A stretch of 64,000 nucleotides of DNA, from positions 160,001-224,000 of the forward strand of contig JALNJZ010000001.1 in the NCBI GenBank assembly GCA_023261845.1. The letters run 5' to 3'. Source of the stretch: Candidatus Terraquivivens tengchongensis (GTDB taxonomy: Archaea > Thermoproteota > Nitrososphaeria_A > Caldarchaeales > Wolframiiraptoraceae). The position numbers and the translations under genes are program-made. The notes beneath the pieces were generated by a model. That model ran no database searches. It was not told the origin of the DNA and saw nothing but the letters and a program-made list of their open reading frames with translations. Within the stretch, counting starts at the first letter, position 1; each line of letters starts with the position of its first letter. Of the stretch, positions 59,518 through 64,000 are shown piece after piece.

Positions 59518-60807
59518 TCAAGATTCTTCAGTAGCTTTACCATATTTTGTAAGCCATTTAAACTTCAGCTTCGCAGTTAAGATTTTCTCCGTAGCGAAGA
59601 GCCGGGAAGCTGCATACATGAGAACTACTGTGAAGAAAAAGACATAAAGTATACCAATGACTGGTGTCACATAATCGCCCATTACGACCGCTTTTGACGC
59701 TATTATTGGATGGCTAAACGGTATTGCATATAAAATCAGCCTAACTGCATAGGGCAATGCACTAATGTCTATGTACATCAAAATAAAAGTTGGAATGAAA
59801 ATTATGGGATAAATATTTCCAACAAGTGATTGTGCACCTCTAACATCCCCTGCAAAGGCTGAAAGAATAACGGCCAAGGCTAAAGCTGAAAGTATTGTGA
59901 CAAAAAGTAATGTACCTAAAAGCACATAACCCAAGAAGGAAGGGACTAATCCTAGCGAGGCCAAATCCATAACAAAACTCGGAGAAGCTCTGCTGATTAA
60001 CGATTGCATAAAATACGCATAACCTATTATATATGCTGCCGCACCAACAGCTGCAATTATCATGGAACCTGCGAGCTTACCGAAAAGTATTGTAAGACGG
60101 TCTATTGGTAACGTTAAAAGGGTTTCTAAAGTTTTTTCTTCCTTCTCTATCGCCACGGATGTTGCAGCTATTTGTATAGAATAAAGCAAAAGGATCATTA
60201 TGGCGATAGGTAAGACGATAGATTGGGACATCATTAATCCTGACACGACAGCAGGGTCAACGTTATGTTTAATCTCTCCTTTAATTATTGTTGACTTTTT
60301 AACGTTAAGGATGTCGGGTGCCAGCGCTCTGTTAAATTGTGCAACTACAGCATCTATTGGTAGGGATCTGGCAGCATCAAAAATGTTTGTGGTTGTAATA
60401 TGTGCATAAAATTTAACAGAGGCCATTATGTTAGGATCTTTGGTATGTGTTGTTACATTCATACTGAAACCACTTGGAATTTCTAAAACCTGAGTTACAT
60501 TGTACTTTGACAAAAGCTCCAAGAGCTTATCATCACTTAACTTAACATTTTCTTCAATAAATATTCTGGCTCCCGAATTTAAAAGGAATTTTATAAAAGC
60601 ATAAGACCATTCTCCGCCGTCATTGTTTATAACAACAAAGTTAGCTTTTGCTGCACTCTCCTCCGCGGACTGTATAACATAACCCATTACACCACCTAAA
60701 ACTGGAAATAGTATGAGTGGTGCGATAAGTATTCCTAGGAGTATTTTCGGGTCTCTGGCAAGTTCCTTAAGTTCTTTCAATAAAAAGTTTCTAAATCCTT
60801 TAAGCAA
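59518..60807 (-). CDS. ABC-2 exporter permease (NatB-like)
   Basis: KELKELARD, AIEKEEKTLETLLTLP, IPFSHP. Confidence 0.88.
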   Translation of the reverse strand: MLKGFRNFLLKELKELARDPKILLGILIAPLILFPVLGGVMGYVIQSAEESAAKANFVVINNDGGEWSYAFIKFLLNSGARIFIEENVKLSDDKLLELLSKYNVTQVLEIPSGFSMNVTTHTKDPNIMASVKFYAHITTTNIFDAARSLPIDAVVAQFNRALAPDILNVKKSTIIKGEIKHNVDPAVVSGLMMSQSIVLPIAIMILLLYSIQIAATSVAIEKEEKTLETLLTLPIDRLTILFGKLAGSMIIAAVGAAAYIIGYAYFMQSLISRASPSFVMDLASLGLVPSFLGYVLLGTLLFVTILSALALAVILSAFAGDVRGAQSLVGNIYPIIFIPTFILMYIDISALPYAVRLILYAIPFSHPIIASKAVVMGDYVTPVIGILYVFFFTVVLMYAASRLFATEKILTAKLKFKWLTKYGKATEES

Positions 60808-61525
60808 GTCTGACCACCTTGGCAAAAACCTCCTCCAAGTTTTCACTTTCAAATTTTTCCTTGAGCTCTCGTGGCGTTCCCTCGGCTACTATCTTGCCCT
60901 TGTTTATCAAAGCGACTCTATCACAAATATGCTCGACCTCAAGCATGTTGTGACTCGAAAGAAGGACCGTTACCCCATATTCTCTAACATATTTCTTTAT
61001 TGTTTCCCTAACATGATAAGAATGAATGACGTCTAAACCACTGGTGGGCTCATCAAGTATGGCCAGCTTCGGCTTGCTCATAAGTGCCCTTGCCACCAAA
61101 AGACGGCGCTTCATACCTTTGCTGTAAGTGCTCGTTTTATCCTTTAACCTCTCGCCCAGTCCGGAGATTTTGGCAGCTTCCTTAACCATTTTACGTATCT
61201 CTTCCTCATTCTTCGTGTAAAACTTAGCCATGAACTCTAAGTATTCCCAACCCGATAGGTATCTGTAAGCACCGGCTTCCTCCGGAAGATAGGAAATGAT
61301 TTTGCGGACTGTGTCAGCATTTTTTACAACATCTAGCCCAAAAACCCTTACTGTACCATAAGTGGGTAGGATGAGTGTTGAAATTATCCGTAAAGCTGTC
61401 GTCTTTCCTGCCCCATTGGGGCCTATAAGCCCAAACACTTCTCCAGGCTTCACTTCAAAGCTTAATCCATCTAAAGCACGAATATTACCAAAGATTTTTG
61501 TAACCCCTGAGACCTCTACGGCCAT
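60800..61525 (-). CDS. ABC exporter ATP-binding protein (NatA-like)
   Basis: GPNGAGKTT, YSKGMKRR, LDEPT, SSH. Confidence 0.92.
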   Translation of the reverse strand: MAVEVSGVTKIFGNIRALDGLSFEVKPGEVFGLIGPNGAGKTTALRIISTLILPTYGTVRVFGLDVVKNADTVRKIISYLPEEAGAYRYLSGWEYLEFMAKFYTKNEEEIRKMVKEAAKISGLGERLKDKTSTYSKGMKRRLLVARALMSKPKLAILDEPTSGLDVIHSYHVRETIKKYVREYGVTVLLSSHNMLEVEHICDRVALINKGKIVAEGTPRELKEKFESENLEEVFAKVVRLA

Positions 61526-61713
61526 ACTTGCAACAAAATTCACGGCTTCCATCATAGTGTTGCTTGGATTTAAATTTAAGTAATAGATTAGACAAACAGG
61601 CTACATTATGTAAACAATTGCTGAGCTAAAACGTCGTAAAAAATAGCTAAAATTTATTACGACATCTTAAAATCCAGCGATATCTTTACATGTAAGGTTG
61701 ATGATGTTTTGGT

Positions 61714-62325
61714 ATGGATTTAAGGGTAGTGGACGGTCGTCGATATCTGACTCTAAGCTGGTCCGATATAGAGGTACTTATTGACAAGTTGGCTGAGCAA
61801 ATCTCTTCTATATACGAGCCTAACATGCTCATAGGAATTCTTAGAGGGGGAGCGATAGTTGCTAGCATGCTCTCCGACGTTTTGGATATGCGCGAAGTCT
61901 ACACGATAGGTTGCAGGTCTTACACAGGGGTCGAAGAAAGGGAGACGGTCGTAATATATCAACCCCTCTCGTTAAACTCTTTATGGGATAAGAATGTTCT
62001 CATAGTTGACGATGTGGTTGATACTGGTGAAACTATGAAACACATAGTCCAGCATATTAAGGGGTTTAACCCGAGAAATGTTAAAACTGCAACGTTGCAT
62101 ATCAAACCTCATACTTCCTTCGTTCCTGACTTCTACGTTGAAAACGTCAATGCTTGGATAGTTTACCCTTGGAGCACTAATGAGTTTGTAAGAAACTTAG
62201 CATCAGAGATGGTCCCAAGGCTCGGAATATCTAGAACTTTCGAGGAGATTAAAAAAATAGTTTCGAACATAGACGTAATAAGAAGAAATTTACCAAGTGA
62301 GAAAATAAAGGACAGAGAACGGTAA
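61714..62325 (+). CDS. Purine phosphoribosyltransferase family protein
   Basis: ILRGG, LIVDDVVDTGET, WIVYPW. Confidence 0.88.
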   Translation: MDLRVVDGRRYLTLSWSDIEVLIDKLAEQISSIYEPNMLIGILRGGAIVASMLSDVLDMREVYTIGCRSYTGVEERETVVIYQPLSLNSLWDKNVLIVDDVVDTGETMKHIVQHIKGFNPRNVKTATLHIKPHTSFVPDFYVENVNAWIVYPWSTNEFVRNLASEMVPRLGISRTFEEIKKIVSNIDVIRRNLPSEKIKDRER

Positions 62326-62382
62326 GGCCCAAGTGTTCTGATTTCTAGAAATAAATGTTTCTTTGATTAGTAAAATTCTGAG

Positions 62383-63144
62383 GTGAATGGCATGGATGTA
62401 AAAGCCGGTACACGAGATGTAATTGTCTATACTGTTTTAGGTCTGCTGGCCGCAGTCGCAATAATTGCCATCATAATGAACGTGCTTGTCATAGCGAGCG
62501 GTGGAGAAACATACATTCAGCAACAAAAAGAGGAGGAGAGGCTCGTAACAATCACAGGTTCTGCTAAGATATACGCAGTACCAGATATGTTCACAGCCAC
62601 ACTTGGTGTTGAGACTTTTGCAAAAACCGCCATGGATGCTGCCAATGAAAATGCTAAAATAATGAATGGAGTGATGTCTGCACTGAAAAGTATAGGTCTG
62701 GCAGATAATGAAATCTCAACATCAACATATAATATATATCCTGTATACGACGAAAATGGCAGAGATGTGATCGGTTTCAGGGTAATTAACATGTTGACAG
62801 TCACTACCAATAAGTTGGACATAGTTGAAAAAATTGTTGATGAATCTATCAAATCCGGGGTTAACCGAATATATGGTTTGAACTTTTACCTTTCTGAACA
62901 GAAAGGGAAGCAACTTAAGCTTGAGCTCGTAGAAAGTGCACTGAAAGATGCTAGAGCTAAGGCTGATGCACTTCTTAAACCGCTCGGTCTTAACATCGCG
63001 GGGGTCAAGACAGCCTCTATAGTTGAATGGTATGAGCCGATCTATAAAGCAGAATATTCAACATCAACAGCTGGGACTCCGATCGCACCTGGTGTGACAA
63101 GCGTAGCTGTAAGTGTTCAGGTGACGTATATCATCGAGACATAG
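62383..63144 (+). CDS. SIMPL domain (DUF541) protein
   Basis: N-terminal TM, ITGSA..PD, ALKDARAKA, IAPG. Confidence 0.88.
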   Translation: MNGMDVKAGTRDVIVYTVLGLLAAVAIIAIIMNVLVIASGGETYIQQQKEEERLVTITGSAKIYAVPDMFTATLGVETFAKTAMDAANENAKIMNGVMSALKSIGLADNEISTSTYNIYPVYDENGRDVIGFRVINMLTVTTNKLDIVEKIVDESIKSGVNRIYGLNFYLSEQKGKQLKLELVESALKDARAKADALLKPLGLNIAGVKTASIVEWYEPIYKAEYSTSTAGTPIAPGVTSVAVSVQVTYIIET

Positions 63145-63294
63145 GCACTATTAACTCAAACTTTATTGTCTATAAACTGATTTTGCTGTTTAGACTTTAT
63201 TCCTTAATCTTTGGAATGCTTTTTTTGTTTTAAAATAAGCAGTGGATGAAAAACAATTTAAATATTACTTAATTTTTTAATTTAATTTAAGTGA

Positions 63295-63612
<318 letters not shown>

Positions 63613-63703
63613 TAACTTCGCATAAATTAACGTGTAAATTTTCCTATCATCTTTCTTTTTATGTTTAAAGTTTTTCGATATATAATGTTCGAAAGGAGTA
63701 GCC

Positions 63704-64000
63704 ATGGATTCTCGGCGTTTTCGGTTTAGAGAAGTTAGAGGAGTCTCGTTGGTTGAAGCACTATTTGCTGGTATGCTCTTTGGCACCGCCTCTATATTCA
63801 TAAGATTCCTCCCAATGCTTGACGCTCCCACCATAGGCTTTTACCGATTAACGATAGCTGCTGCCTTCTTGACGATGATTAATTATGTACTCTTTAGACC
63901 TCATGGCTTAGAGCTTGTATCATATTTTAAACATTCCGTGCTGCTCGGCATACTCCTAAGCCTCCACTTCATTTTCTTTATATCAGCTGTTAAAAATACA
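63704..64000 (+). CDS. EamA/DMT family transporter (3'-truncated by the window edge)
   Basis: ALFAGMLFGTASIFIR..IGFYRLTIA..GILLSLHFIFFISAVKNT. Confidence 0.8.
   Translation, partial: MDSRRFRFREVRGVSLVEALFAGMLFGTASIFIRFLPMLDAPTIGFYRLTIAAAFLTMINYVLFRPHGLELVSYFKHSVLLGILLSLHFIFFISAVKNT

Overview
Chromosomal segment of a TACK-group archaeon. The Cdv/ESCRT genes, zinc-type ferredoxin, rpoP, split A-type ATPase genes and multi-intron tRNAs suggest a Nitrososphaeria/Aigarchaeota-like lineage (inference). It is mostly housekeeping and respiratory genes: nuo, A-ATPase, Rieske/cytochrome b, sdhACDB, aspS, fen1, cdc48, cdvB/cdvC, glmS, nadE, tmk and thpR-cca. It also holds four tRNAs (three with BHB introns) and a C/D-box sRNA. 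Two accessory patches stand out. (1) An AT-rich cassette after tRNA-Pro(TGG) at 41.7-45.4 kb encodes a divergent class I isoprenoid/terpene synthase-fold protein, a degenerate KaiC/RecA-like plus V4R sensor, and a HAD phosphatase. This is the best candidate for an undescribed archaeal isoprenoid signalling system. (2) An FmdE plus metal ABC transporter operon with a NikR-like operator lies among gene relics and next to a truncated SQR. Other oddities are a large insertion in NuoI, nucleotide-identical tracts between the two AAA domains of cdc48, and several pseudogene relics. No CRISPR array, transposase or integrase was seen. All family assignments come from motif recognition by eye, not from database searches.
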